A program made the position numbers and the translations under genes. A stretch of DNA of 62,834 nucleotides, the filler included. It is 10 parts of 10 records of this genome, joined end to end, with 100 filler letters (N's around TTAATTAATTAA, not from the genome) between each part and the next. Parts side by side here need not be neighbours in the genome. Positions count along the whole stretch, not along the records: positions 18,466 to 28,157 come from SRR31147125_39162; positions 28,258 to 33,467 come from SRR31147125_39164; 8 more parts are not named here. One strand, 5' to 3'. Under the pieces are notes generated by a model. The model was not told the DNA's origin. It saw only the letters and a program-made list of their open reading frames with translations, and searched no databases. Shown here one piece after another: positions 22,600 through 33,443 of the stretch (position 1 is its first letter; every line of letters begins with the position of its first letter).

Positions 22600-23607
22600 T
22601 TAGATATGACCCAGCTCTTTCAGGAAATCTTTCATCAATGAAATCGCCTTGGCATTGACAGGATCTTTTTTTGCGGTTTTATCCCAGACCACCATGGCCG
22701 CCTCTCGCATTTTTTTCAGTTCCGCATCCGTCAGAGTATTGGTGTTGACCTTCCATTCGGAGCGCATTTTTTGTAGTGAGGTGGCAGAGAAAATGCGGGT
22801 GTTATCGGCATGCATTCCCCCTTCCGCCAGGGCCGCTTTTTCGATGATTTGCTGTTGTACCGGGGTCAGTTTTTTCCATGTATCCATGTTGATGATCAGA
22901 TTGTTCCAGGAGCCGTAAATCGGTTCGGGCAGCATGTAGTTTTTCAACACTTCCTGGAATTTCATGATATACATGGGATAGGCATCTCCCCAGTGCGCCC
23001 CGTCGACAACACCGGTGGCAAGGGCCGTATAGAGCTCCCCTCCGGGAATGTAGGTGGTGGAGGCGCCCATCTCAGTGAGCCATTCCGCCATGATCCCGTA
23101 GGCACGAAGTTTCATGCCGGAAACGTCCTGAAGACCCGTGATGGGTTTGTTTGTCATCAACCCCACCGGATACGCTTCGTAAGGGATGTGATGGACATTG
23201 AATTTCGCATATTCCTGTCTCAAGAGGTCGCCGAATCCTTTTTTACGCATGAACACCTTTGCCTCCGGCAGCGTCTCAAAGGCAAACGGCATTCCCGCCA
23301 CTTCACTCACCGGAATTTTGCTGTGCCAGTACCCTTCGGCGATTTCCGCCATGTCCAGTGCGCCGATTCCCACCGCCTCGAGCACCTCCTTCATGGGAAA
23401 CAGGGCGCTGCCTGCAAAAATCTTGATCTTGATCTCTCCGCCGGATAATGATTCAACAGCGTCCCGAAAAGGGCCCAACCCGCGCTCGGCATCGGCCGGA
23501 ATCAGATGGGATTGGAGTTTCAGAGTGATCTTTTTTGCTTCCGCAGATGGTCCGATCCCCAGAAAAGCAACGATTGCCGTTATGATAACCATCATCTTCT
23601 TAATCAT
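22600..23607 (-). CDS. dctP: TRAP transporter substrate-binding protein
   Basis: GAGGAG RBS before ATG 23607, signal peptide, GMKLR (conserved Arg) and ELYTALATGVVDG. Confidence 0.9.
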   Translation of the reverse strand: MIKKMMVIITAIVAFLGIGPSAEAKKITLKLQSHLIPADAERGLGPFRDAVESLSGGEIKIKIFAGSALFPMKEVLEAVGIGALDMAEIAEGYWHSKIPVSEVAGMPFAFETLPEAKVFMRKKGFGDLLRQEYAKFNVHHIPYEAYPVGLMTNKPITGLQDVSGMKLRAYGIMAEWLTEMGASTTYIPGGELYTALATGVVDGAHWGDAYPMYIMKFQEVLKNYMLPEPIYGSWNNLIINMDTWKKLTPVQQQIIEKAALAEGGMHADNTRIFSATSLQKMRSEWKVNTNTLTDAELKKMREAAMVVWDKTAKKDPVNAKAISLMKDFLKELGHI

Positions 23608-23740
23608 TGAGTGTCTCCTCTTCACAAAATTAAGGTGCAAAATCATATTACGTATAAATAATTGAAATAACGGTTCATTTATCTGTCCACTAGGCCCTAG
23701 TGTTGCATCAAGGTTCAAAAACTGTCTGGTTTGGCGCCGC

Positions 23741-23780
23741 ACCCTCATCCCCCGGCCCCTTCCATGAATGAAGAGGGGAC
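23741..23780. repeat. REP-like palindromic element, degenerate copy
   Basis: ACCCTCATCCCCCGGCCCCTTCCA..TGAAGAGGGG resembles the copy at 27976. Confidence 0.5.
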
Positions 23781-23854
23781 GGCCAACTCTCCGTCAGGCA
23801 AATCTCGGGCAGATCTTGAACGAGCACTAGTGTTCCATCCGGCCTTCTTTCAGT

Positions 23855-25516
23855 TTACTCACCCCCTTTCCCTTGGGATTCTTGGTCTATCAGAATCCGC
23901 CTTAAAATTTTACCTGCCGCACTTTTGGGTAACTCCCTGAGAAATTCAACATACCTTGGGCGTTTGTAAGCCGACATGTTATCCTTGCACCATTCCAGAA
24001 TATCGTCCGGTGTTGTCTCGTTACGATACTCCGGCTTTAACACAATAAATGCCTTTGGCGTCTCTCCCCTGTAGGGATCCGTGACACCGATCACAGCGGT
24101 CTCCAGCACTGCCGGGTGCCGAAAGAGAAGATTTTCCACTTCACTGGGGAACACACTGAATCCAGAGCATTTGATCAGCTCTTTTTTTCGTCCTACAATG
24201 TTGAAGAATCCTTCATCATCCATCACCCCCAAATCTCCGGTGTAAAGCCAGCCGTCTTTCAGGGTGTTGGTTGTCGCTTCTTCGTTTTTCCAGTACCCCT
24301 TCATCACGGTGGGGCCTTTAATGAGGATTTCACCTTCCTGACCCTGGGGGACTTCCTTTTGTCCCGTATCCGGATCCACCAGTTTGACCCGGTTGAGCTG
24401 AGGAATTCCGATATAACCCAATTTTTGGCGCAGAATCGGCGCTTGAAAACCGCCGTGGGAGGTGCATTCGCTAAGTCCGTATCCCTCCACTACAATCGTC
24501 TTTGGAGAGAGCGCTCTGATTTTATCCTGAATGGTGACGGAGATGGGGGTTCCGCCGGTACCGAGGATTCTCAGGGATGAAAATTCGTATTGATCGATCC
24601 CGGGCGTCTCCAACAGCGCAATCAAACTGGTGGTGGCCGTGACCCAGAATGAGACCTTGTATTGTTCAATGGCTTTGGCCGTAATCACCGGATCAAACCT
24701 GGATAGCAGCACCAACTCGGCACCGGCGACCAATGGGGTGCACATCAGCTGCTGCATGCCCATCACATGAAAAAAGGGCGTATTTCCTAAAAAGACATCC
24801 CCGTATCTGTGTTTGAACCAGTTGATGGTCCCCAGGCAGGTGAAGGCAAGGGCATGGTGGGTGATCATGGCCCCTTTGGGAAGTCCGGTGGTACCGCCGG
24901 TGTATTGCAAAAGAGCAAGCTCTTCTTCGAGATCGCCGATATTGCAGATTGGGGTGTTCGGGGACTCATTGATAAAGGGAAGAAAATCAAGGGTATCTGG
25001 AAATGATTTTTTGGGAATCAGGGCTTCATCGGGAATAGGGAGCGTAGGCGTTTCAGGAAGGTAATCCTGCAATGAGCATAAAATGGACTGATTCAGGGTA
25101 ACCTGATCCTTGATTTTCATCACTTCCGGATATAAATAGTCGTGACAAACCAGAATATGGGCATCGGCATCGTTGAGTTCATATTCCAGCTCCCCCTGCT
25201 TGAACATGGGGTTGAGCGACACCACCACGCCGCCCGCCCTCATGGCGCCGAAAAAGCTGATAACAAATTGAGGGCAATTTTGCATGTAAAGGGCGACGCG
25301 ATCTCCCTTTTGAAGACCGAGTCTGAACAGGCCGTGGGCAAACCGGTTGATGGCGTCGTCCAACCCGGCGTATGTGATATCATGACCGTAATACCGCAGG
25401 GCAATTCTATCGGGATTGAACCGTGCCCACGCTTTGATATATTCCGACACCGGTTGCTCCACTTCAAAATCACTTTTGACCAGTGGTTGACTGATGCTGT
25501 TGTATGGGGTTCCCAT
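23855..25516 (-). CDS. Acyl-CoA synthetase (AMP-forming, long-chain fatty acid-CoA ligase family)
   Basis: YTGGTTGLPKG, GYGLSE, TGDLG and LPKSAAGK motifs; ATG 25516 follows AAGGA. Confidence 0.92.
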   Translation of the reverse strand: MGTPYNSISQPLVKSDFEVEQPVSEYIKAWARFNPDRIALRYYGHDITYAGLDDAINRFAHGLFRLGLQKGDRVALYMQNCPQFVISFFGAMRAGGVVVSLNPMFKQGELEYELNDADAHILVCHDYLYPEVMKIKDQVTLNQSILCSLQDYLPETPTLPIPDEALIPKKSFPDTLDFLPFINESPNTPICNIGDLEEELALLQYTGGTTGLPKGAMITHHALAFTCLGTINWFKHRYGDVFLGNTPFFHVMGMQQLMCTPLVAGAELVLLSRFDPVITAKAIEQYKVSFWVTATTSLIALLETPGIDQYEFSSLRILGTGGTPISVTIQDKIRALSPKTIVVEGYGLSECTSHGGFQAPILRQKLGYIGIPQLNRVKLVDPDTGQKEVPQGQEGEILIKGPTVMKGYWKNEEATTNTLKDGWLYTGDLGVMDDEGFFNIVGRKKELIKCSGFSVFPSEVENLLFRHPAVLETAVIGVTDPYRGETPKAFIVLKPEYRNETTPDDILEWCKDNMSAYKRPRYVEFLRELPKSAAGKILRRILIDQESQGKGGE

Positions 25517-25562
25517 TTTCTTTTCCTTTTTCGTTTTGTTGGAAAGATTTCGTGAAAGGCCG

Positions 25563-26249
25563 TTATTCCTTGTTGGGGGGATATGGAAGACGTAATCCAA
25601 GAAAAACAAATTCAACCATAAAGTCGATCATCTCTTTTCTGGATTTATCTTTCAGGCTCCATCCCCTCAACGCGACAAACACCTGATGGAAAGAGATCAA
25701 ATTACCGGCCAGTCGAACATCCGTATCGATTCCCCGGTGGTCAAACACCTGGCCCAGCAGATGACGCCAATAGCCGGAGACATTTTTGTCATCCATCTCC
25801 AGAACAACCTTCAGATGGGCGTCACTGAGATACTTGCTTTCCGTATAAATGAACTGAATCAGATCCTTTTTCTCAAAAAGAAACGCAATGGATAGCTTTA
25901 GCGCCATTTCAAGTTTTTTCAGAGGATCCTTGCAATTATCTATTTTGGGAGTCGTCAGTCGATTGTACCATGAGGTCTGCATATGTTTATGAATCAGAAA
26001 GAGAACATCATCCTTGGATGAGATGTAGTGATACATTTGGCCCATGGACATCCCGGACGCCGTGGCGATTTCCCGGATGGTGGTGGGATGGAATCCTTTT
26101 TCAAAAAAGACTTTGCACGCCCCTTCGACGATCTGCTGATGTTTTGCGTCAACCACCTCCGCTTTTTTTGCGGAAACATCGATCAGCCGATGCACATGCT
26201 CATCCCATCGTTCTATAAAGGCCTGTCTTTGTTCATCCCTCATCGGCAA
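25563..26249 (-). CDS. TetR/AcrR family regulator
   Basis: FFEKGFHPTTIREIA..GMSMGQMYHYISSKDD HTH. Confidence 0.9.
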   Translation of the reverse strand: MPMRDEQRQAFIERWDEHVHRLIDVSAKKAEVVDAKHQQIVEGACKVFFEKGFHPTTIREIATASGMSMGQMYHYISSKDDVLFLIHKHMQTSWYNRLTTPKIDNCKDPLKKLEMALKLSIAFLFEKKDLIQFIYTESKYLSDAHLKVVLEMDDKNVSGYWRHLLGQVFDHRGIDTDVRLAGNLISFHQVFVALRGWSLKDKSRKEMIDFMVEFVFLGLRLPYPPNKE

Positions 26250-26253
26250 ATTC

Positions 26254-27087
26254 CTATCTCCCGGAATAGTCGTAAAAACCTTTCCCGGATTTCCGTCCCA
26301 GCAGACCGGCCGTCACCATGCGATTGATGGTGACCGGACAGGTATACTGAGGATCATTGAGTTCTTGAAACATGGCATCGGTTCCCATTTTGATGGTGTC
26401 GAGGCCGATCAAATCCATCAATTTAAACGGGCCCATGGGAAGACCGAGTCCGTCTTTCACAGCGGTTTCGATATCTTCCTTCGATCCCATACCTTCTTGC
26501 AGCAATCGGACGGCATTGAGCAGAATCGGCGTCAAAATCCGATTGACGATAAAGCCGGGACGATCTTCCGAAACCACCACTTTTTTTCCAATGACCTCAC
26601 CGAAGCGGATGACGGTTTGGAGTGTATCATCCCCGGTTATCAGCGTTTTGACCACTTCCAGAAGGGGAATGATTTGCGGCGGGGTTAGAAAGTGGGTGCC
26701 CATCACCTGGTGGGGTCTTTGGGTGGCCATTGCCATTTCAATAACCGGAAGTACCGAAGTGTTGGATGTCAAAATGGTATGCCCCGGACAGATCCGATCC
26801 AACTCGGCGAAAATTTCCTTTTTCAATGCCAAATTCTCAGTGACCGCTTCGATGACCAGATCACAGTCGGTAAATGAGCTGAAATCGCATTGTCCGGAGA
26901 TTCTTGACAAGATCTCTTCCTTATCGGCACTGTTCGGCAATTGTTTTTGAATGGATGTCAGTCCCTTTTTCAATACCGCTTCGTTTTTTTCGCAAATGGC
27001 GACAATGAACTGTTTTTGGGCAGATAAAAGGGCGATTCCAGATCCCATGACACCACATCCGACAACCCCTATCTTTCTAATTTCCAT
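26254..27087 (-). CDS. 3-hydroxyacyl-CoA dehydrogenase (second paralogue)
   Basis: GCGVMG, IEAVTE, SNTS, GTHF, PGFIVNR and GRKSGKGFY motifs. Confidence 0.9.
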   Translation of the reverse strand: MEIRKIGVVGCGVMGSGIALLSAQKQFIVAICEKNEAVLKKGLTSIQKQLPNSADKEEILSRISGQCDFSSFTDCDLVIEAVTENLALKKEIFAELDRICPGHTILTSNTSVLPVIEMAMATQRPHQVMGTHFLTPPQIIPLLEVVKTLITGDDTLQTVIRFGEVIGKKVVVSEDRPGFIVNRILTPILLNAVRLLQEGMGSKEDIETAVKDGLGLPMGPFKLMDLIGLDTIKMGTDAMFQELNDPQYTCPVTINRMVTAGLLGRKSGKGFYDYSGR

Positions 27088-27116
27088 GTCGAATTCCTCT
27101 TCCTTTTCCATTTCCA

Positions 27117-27881
27117 TTACAATCCATGCCATCCGCACAATTCATAGTCTGTGGAAACCGTTCCCGTGACCCGGCTGGCATCCATGGATGCCAGAAAGAC
27201 CGCGCATTTCACCATCTTTTCCGGAGATTCCCATTTGTCCTGGTTCTCTTCAGGCATCCAATACTCCATACCTTCGGTACGAACGACATTTTTGGGTTTG
27301 ATGCAGTTGACGGCAACATTGTATTTACCGACTTCAGTGGCAAGGCCGTAGGTAAAGCGATCCACAGCGGCCTTGGCGACACTGTAGGCCAGTCCGGTGG
27401 GGACCGTGCCTTCATCTTTTTCGTCGGCGGCAAGGGACGAAATATTGATGATGGAGCCGGATTTTCTCTCCATCATGCCGGGAAGTACTGCTTTGCTGCA
27501 AAGAAAGGTTCCCTTGAGATTTACATCCAGAACAAGATCCCAACGCTTCAACGGGGTTTCAACCACCGGATAGTAAAACGCCACGCCGGCATTGTTGACC
27601 AGGATGTCGATGCGTCCGAATTCTTTGATGGCGGTATCGACCATGGCCTGAACGCTCTCTTCCTTTGTCACATCACATTTGACGGCGATGGCTTGGGAGC
27701 CAAGGGCTTTGATCTCTTCGGCTGTCTCATGGATGGTTCCCGGGAACCGCTCGTCTTTGACCTGGTCACTGCGTGCGGCAACTACCACATGGGCCCCTTT
27801 TTCGGCAAATCCGGTGCAGATGGCTTTGCCGATTCCTCTGCTTGCTCCGGTTACGATGGCAACTTTGTCTTTTAATATCAT
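27117..27881 (-). CDS. SDR family oxidoreductase
   Basis: TGASRGIG, NNAG and YxxxK (YSVAK) motifs. Confidence 0.9.
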   Translation of the reverse strand: MILKDKVAIVTGASRGIGKAICTGFAEKGAHVVVAARSDQVKDERFPGTIHETAEEIKALGSQAIAVKCDVTKEESVQAMVDTAIKEFGRIDILVNNAGVAFYYPVVETPLKRWDLVLDVNLKGTFLCSKAVLPGMMERKSGSIINISSLAADEKDEGTVPTGLAYSVAKAAVDRFTYGLATEVGKYNVAVNCIKPKNVVRTEGMEYWMPEENQDKWESPEKMVKCAVFLASMDASRVTGTVSTDYELCGWHGL

Positions 27882-27975
27882 TTGGCTTCCTTGTTAGCGG
27901 TGTCTTTGGGGAGCTGGTTTAGGATTTGAGTGTATCCTTATTTTTGCTGATCCCAGGGGCGGTCGTCGTAATGAA

Positions 27976-28016
27976 ACCTCACCCCTCGCCCCCTCTCCAA
28001 TAATGGAGAGGGAGAG
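27976..28016. repeat. REP-like palindromic element
   Basis: ACCTCACCCC.. followed by a perfect CCCTCTCCA-ATAA-TGGAGAGGG stem. Confidence 0.6.
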
Positions 28017-28055
28017 AATACGGCAAAAATAATACTTTCATAGGATCTCAACAAA

Positions 28056-28102
28056 TGACAATATTGAGTTAAAACGTACTATTGAAATGTGAATATTGTC
28101 AA
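28056..28102 (-). promoter_or_regulatory. Candidate sigma70 promoter overlapped by a 10-bp inverted repeat (possible TetR operator)
   Basis: Minus-strand TTGACA-N18-TACGTT; TGACAATATT (28056-28065) and AATATTGTCA (28092-28101) form an inverted repeat. Confidence 0.4.
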
Positions 28103-28157
28103 TCCGAGGGATCGTTTTAAATTTAATTATAACTGCCATGGGCAGACCATGATGATT

Positions 28158-28257
28158 NNNNNNNNNNNNNNNNNNNNNNNNNNNNNNNNNNNNNNNNNNN
28201 NTTAATTAATTAANNNNNNNNNNNNNNNNNNNNNNNNNNNNNNNNNNNNNNNNNNNN
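28158..28257. other. Synthetic contig spacer
   Basis: N44-TTAATTAATTAA-N44. Confidence 0.99.
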
Positions 28258-28270
28258 TTGTGTGATGCAG

Positions 28271-31200
28271 GGGCTTTCTGACTACTTGGAAACCAAACGC
28301 TCATCCTTTGCACGTTTCTACTTCCTATCAAATGATGAGCTCCTGGATATTCTATCAAGGAGCAAGGTACGTACCGCATAAATAAGCGAGTGTGTCTAAC
28401 CCAGACGATGAACCAGGACGTACAAGCCGTCCAGCCACATCTTCGCAAATGCTTTGAAAACATCGCTCGACTTGATTTCGAGGATGATTTGCAAATCACA
28501 GCGATGATGTCCACGGAGGGAGAACGTGTTCCCTTTGTGGAGGTGCGCGTGTTGCAGGATTGTGCACAGAAGCTGAAGAGTTTGGGGGTGTGGGGACATG
28601 AAGACTATGCGTGCCGCAGGAAACGTTGAGGATTGGATGCGCGACGTAGAGAAGATGATGAAACGGAGTGTCAAAAAAGTTCTTATGGACGGTGTTGTGG
28701 ACTATGGGAAGCAACATCGCGCCGACTGGGTGCTTCGCTGGCCAGGTGCTGCTTGGCTCGATAGAATGTTGACCGACCCTCACACATGTGTCCCGCTTTC
28801 AGCTCAAGTTGTATTGACGGTCAGTCAAATCATGTGGACGCAAGATGTAACCGATGCCATTAACGCAGGAGGAATCGCAATGAAGGAGCTGTGCGTGACA
28901 CTTGATTCATCCGCGTGCGCCTGATGTGACTGGCATGTCTGTCTTGAACCGTGCAGCTACAAGAAGCAGGTCTCTCATCTTCGCGATCTCGTGAAACTCG
29001 TGAGAGGACCCCTTAGCAAACTTGAGCGGCTTACACTAGGGGGACTCATTGTGTTGGACGTGCATGCGAGAGATGTTGTGGATCGTCTTGTTGAGTTGGC
29101 TATTTCTAGCGACAACGACTTTGAGTGGATCAGTCAGGTAGGGTGCGGGTGACAGAGCAATCGTGCCGATGGCCCACCCCATTCTTTCAGCTTCGTTACT
29201 ATGTTGAGGATGACGAGTGCCTTGTCCAGTCAGTACAATCCTGCTATCAGTACGGGTACGTTGGCGCGTGGCTTGATGTTCATTTCATTGATTGGGGAAC
29301 AAACAAGCTACGAATACCTTGGGAACACCACTCGATTGGTGATTACTCCCCTCACGGATCGCTGCTACATGACACTCATGACTGCATTGAGTCTGACACT
29401 TGGGGGAGCCCCAGCCGTACGTGGACGGACAGCTTGACGACATTCTGTGTCCCTGACTTGTTTGCTGGAAAGGGACCTGCGGGGACCGGAAAAACCGAAA
29501 CCACCAAGGACCTTGCAAAGGCCTTGGCGAAACAATGTGTTGTCTTCAATTGCTCTGAGGGACTCGACTATTTGGCAATGGGAAAGTTCTTCAAGGGTCT
29601 TGCCTGCTCGGGTGCCTGGGCCTGTTTTGACGAGTTCAATCGTATCGATATCGAGGTTCTCTCAGTCATTGCTCAGCAGATTATGACTATTCAGAAAGCA
29701 CTTCAAGAAAAGGTTCGTGATCGTGATAATGAGTGGAGGAAGTTCTTACCCAGCTCCCCATCACGCGGCAGGCAACCCGCTTCAACTTTGAAGGACAAGA
29801 TATTCCCCTTGACGCACAATGTGCTGTTTTCATCACGATGAATCCCGGATACGCTGGACGAACGGAACTACCAGACAACCTCAAGGCATTGTTTCGTCCT
29901 GTTGCGATGATGGTTCCCGATTATGCTCTCATCGCTGAGATTTCACTGTTTTCCTTTGGATTTAACCAAGCCAAGACCCTCTCCCGGAAGATTGTTGCAA
30001 CCTTCAAACTTTCTTCCGAGCAGCTTTCCTCACAGGATCACTACGACTTTGGCATGCGTGCCGTGAAAACAGTCATTTCAGCGGCAGGCAATTTGAAGCG
30101 TGACTATCCAGATCTGGATGAAGAGGTGCTCGTTCTTCGGGCCTTGTGTGACGTGAATATTCCCAAGTTCTTGAAAGATGATAGGCAGCTTTTCGAGGGC
30201 ATCATTAGCGATCTATTTCCTGGGGTGTGTGTGACGCTGCCCTTTGCTTGTGTGTCCTGCCTGACCTGTTTTGCACGTAGACCCAGCAATCCGACACAGA
30301 CTATGAAGCACTACTCGAGGCACTAAAGCAGAGTTCCACGGAACAGGGTCTTCAACCGGCTGATGCGTTTTTGGCCAAGTGTATTCAACTTCATGAAACA
30401 ACGCTCGTCCGCCACGGACTCATGCTGGTGGGTCCCAGTGGTGGGGGAAAGACGTGCTGCTGGCGATCCCTGGCCTCGGCCCTGGGCAAATTGAAGAAAG
30501 CAGGGACCGGGACACATGAAGCCGTACAGACCTACGTTCTGAATCCCAAATCGATCACGATGGGCCAATTGTGCGTCTCGTTGTTGGTTCCACCCGGAGG
30601 GAACTAATGCTTCGCGTCGGTACTAGATATGGTCAATTTGACGAGAATACACACGAGTGGACAGACGGCGTCGTAGCATCCATTATTCGCCGGTGTGTTA
30701 GTGACCCTTCCTCAGACAAGAAGTGGGTTGTGTTTGATGGACCTGTCGACGCTCTTTGGATCGAGAATATGAATACCGTACTCGACGACAACAAGAAACT
30801 ATGTCTGACATCCGGAGAGATCATTACCCTAACGGCGGACATGACCATGATATTTGAAGTGGAAAATCTTGCTGTTGCATCCCCGGCAACCGTGTCGCGA
30901 TGTGGGATGGTGTATGTCGACCCCGGGGTATTGGGCTGGGAACCGCTTGTCAAGTCATGGATTACACGCCTCCCGAGTTCTATTCAGGTTCATGCGGAGC
31001 ACTTGTACTCCCTGTTTGCATCTTTCGTGCCACTGACCATGGAGTTTGTTCGGCGGAATCTCCGCGAGCCTGTGCCCACCGTCGACAACGGCCTCATCAA
31101 CAGTCTTCTTCATCTTCTTGAGTGTTTCTTCTCTCCCTTCTTCGAGCGTGAGGACGAGGGACGGAACCGTTTCTCGAACAAGGATCTCGAAGATCTGGCG

Positions 31201-33443
31201 AATAACCTCGATCCCTTGTTCTTCTTTAGCGTTGTATGGTCCTTGGGTGCCACTACAGACAAGGAGGGACGAGTGAAATTCGATGCCTATCTGCGTCAAA
31301 TTATGAATGAGGATAGTTCCACCACGTGTGTGTTCCCGGAAGGCGGTCTCGTGTACGATTACATGTTTGATCAGGGCAAGGGTGCGTGGATCGGCTGGCT
31401 CGAAACGATCCCAGAGTTCGTTCTGGATCCTACAACACCGTTCTCCGATATTCTAATTCCAACACTTGATTCCGTGCGGCTCACATTCCTTCTTGATCTT
31501 CTGGTGAAGAATGGGAAGAATGTATTGTGTACGGGGCCGACGGGAACGGGGAAGACGTCCGTCATTGCCAACAAGTTGCTCAACGAGATGCCCGACCTAT
31601 TCCAACCGATTGTTTTGAACTTTTCGGCACGAACCTCAGCCAACGTTATTCAAGATCTTCTTGATTCGAGACTAGACCGTCGTCGGAAGGGGTGGGTTCC
31701 CGTTGATTGATTCTGTCTCCCATATAACCTTGCCGTCAAGGGTGTTTGGCCCTCCCGTAGGGAAGAAATACGTCATTTTCGTTGACGATTTGAACATGCC
31801 TACACGAGAGAAGTTTGTGCCGTGTGACGAGCGGTTCTGCTTGCATCTCATTCGTTCGTTTTGTTCCTGTAGATATATGGCTCAACCTCCCATTGAGTTG
31901 CTTCGCCAGTGGATGGATCACAAGGGATGGTTTGTGAACGAACAGTTGTGTTGAGAGAAAGGAGTCTCTGAGCGATTGCATCCCGTGCAGGTATGACCGT
32001 AAGAAGATCGAATTTCGTGAGGTTGTCGATGTTCAGTTTGTCGGAGCCATGGGACCGCCGGGTGGGGGTCGAAACCCTGTCACACCCCGCTTTCTGCGAC
32101 ATTTTAATCTGATCGCACTAACGGAGCTGGGTGATGAGTCCTTGTTCCGAATTTTCAATACCATTCTTGGTGCGTTGCTGTCGTCGTTGTGTGCACGACG
32201 TACCCACTCCCGGACCTAGCCACTCACATGCAGGCCAACTTTGCGTCCGATCTTCACAAACTGTGTGGTCCCCTCATTCATGCAACCATTACCGTTTACA
32301 ACACTATCACAAATGAGCTTCTGCCGATTCCGTCCAAGCCCCACTACACCTTCAATTTGCGAGATCTGGCAAAGGTGATTCAAGGCATACTGTCCGCCGA
32401 ACCCAAACGGATACCCAAGAAGGAGGATCTGGTTCGACTGTGGCTCCACGAATGCACACGCGTCTTTTCGGATAGGCTTGTAGACGATCACGATTGCCAG
32501 TGCGTAGCCGCCGTGCCTTTCGACGCACTTGCTTATCTTCGCCCCTAGATGGTTTTGCGATCTGCTCAGAACTCATATGACAACAGCCTTCCAGGTGTCC
32601 TACACTGATGTTTGCAGCGAAGATCGTCGTCTGTTGTATGGAGACTTTCTGATTCCCAACGCTGATCCGAAAATCTATTCGGAACTACCTGATGTGAAGA
32701 CCGTGATGCGAGTCGTGAGCGAGTACCTTGACGACTACAATGCAACGTCGAACAAACCCATGCACTTGGTTCTGTTCACGGACGCTGTGGATCATGTGAC
32801 GCGGATTTCTCGAATTATTCGACAGGCCCGCGGGAATGCCTTACTTCTCGGTGTGGGAGGGAGTGGTCGTCAGAGCCTCACGAAACTTGCTGCCTTCATG
32901 GCGGAGTTCGATCTCGTTCAGATTGAAGTGTCCAAAGGGTGTGTGGCGTGACAACGCGGTTTGGGTTGGTGGTGGGACTTACCGCTCCTCCCTTCGAAGA
33001 TATGGTATGGTTGAGTGGCGCGAAGATGTGAAGAAGATTCTGCTTCGAGCTGGAGTGCACGGCACACCCGTCATCTTCCTGCTGAGTGACACCCAGATCA
33101 TTTATGAGGCTTTCTTGGAAGACATCAACAGTATTATGAACAGTGGCGAAGTGCCAAACCTGATGGGCAGTGACGATCTTGTACGTTGTGCCTGCCTCCT
33201 TCCTTTTTCTCACACTTCAAACAGGAAAACATTGTGTCTTCCCTGCGAAGTGTGTGCCAGCAAAGTGGGATCCCCCTCAACAAGCTTTCAATTTACAACT
33301 TCTTCCTGGGTCGCGTTCGTGCCAATCTCCGCATTGTCTTGTGTATGAGTCCCATTGGAGAAGCCATTCGAAACCGCCTTCGAATGTTCCCTTCCCTTGT
33401 GAACTGCTCCACCATTGATTGGTTTGCCGAATGGCCTGCCGAG
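28271..33443 (+). CDS. Eukaryotic axonemal (single-headed inner-arm type) dynein heavy chain, internal fragment from linker to AAA4, 18 exons
   Basis: Removing GT-AG introns 28367-28416, 28543-28603, 28746-28802, 28891-28956, 29138-29190, 29256-29307, 29417-29472, 29713-29771, 30225-30280, 30571-30626, 31692-31740, 31813-31872, 31930-31990, 32170-32219, 32500-32548, 32939-32999 and 33181-33224 gives one continuous ORF in the standard code. It contains [61 protein letters not shown] and [10 protein letters not shown]. Confidence 0.95.

Noticed and set aside
18549..27897. Long plus-strand ORFs antisense to the catabolic operon (also in contigs 2 and 10)
   Set aside because: Shadow ORFs of GC-rich coding sequence with no recognisable motifs
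28367..33224. Introner-like repeated introns, non-canonical introns or an alternative genetic code in the protist
   Set aside because: All introns are GT-AG, I see no shared sequence beyond splice signals, and the spliced ORF has no in-frame stops
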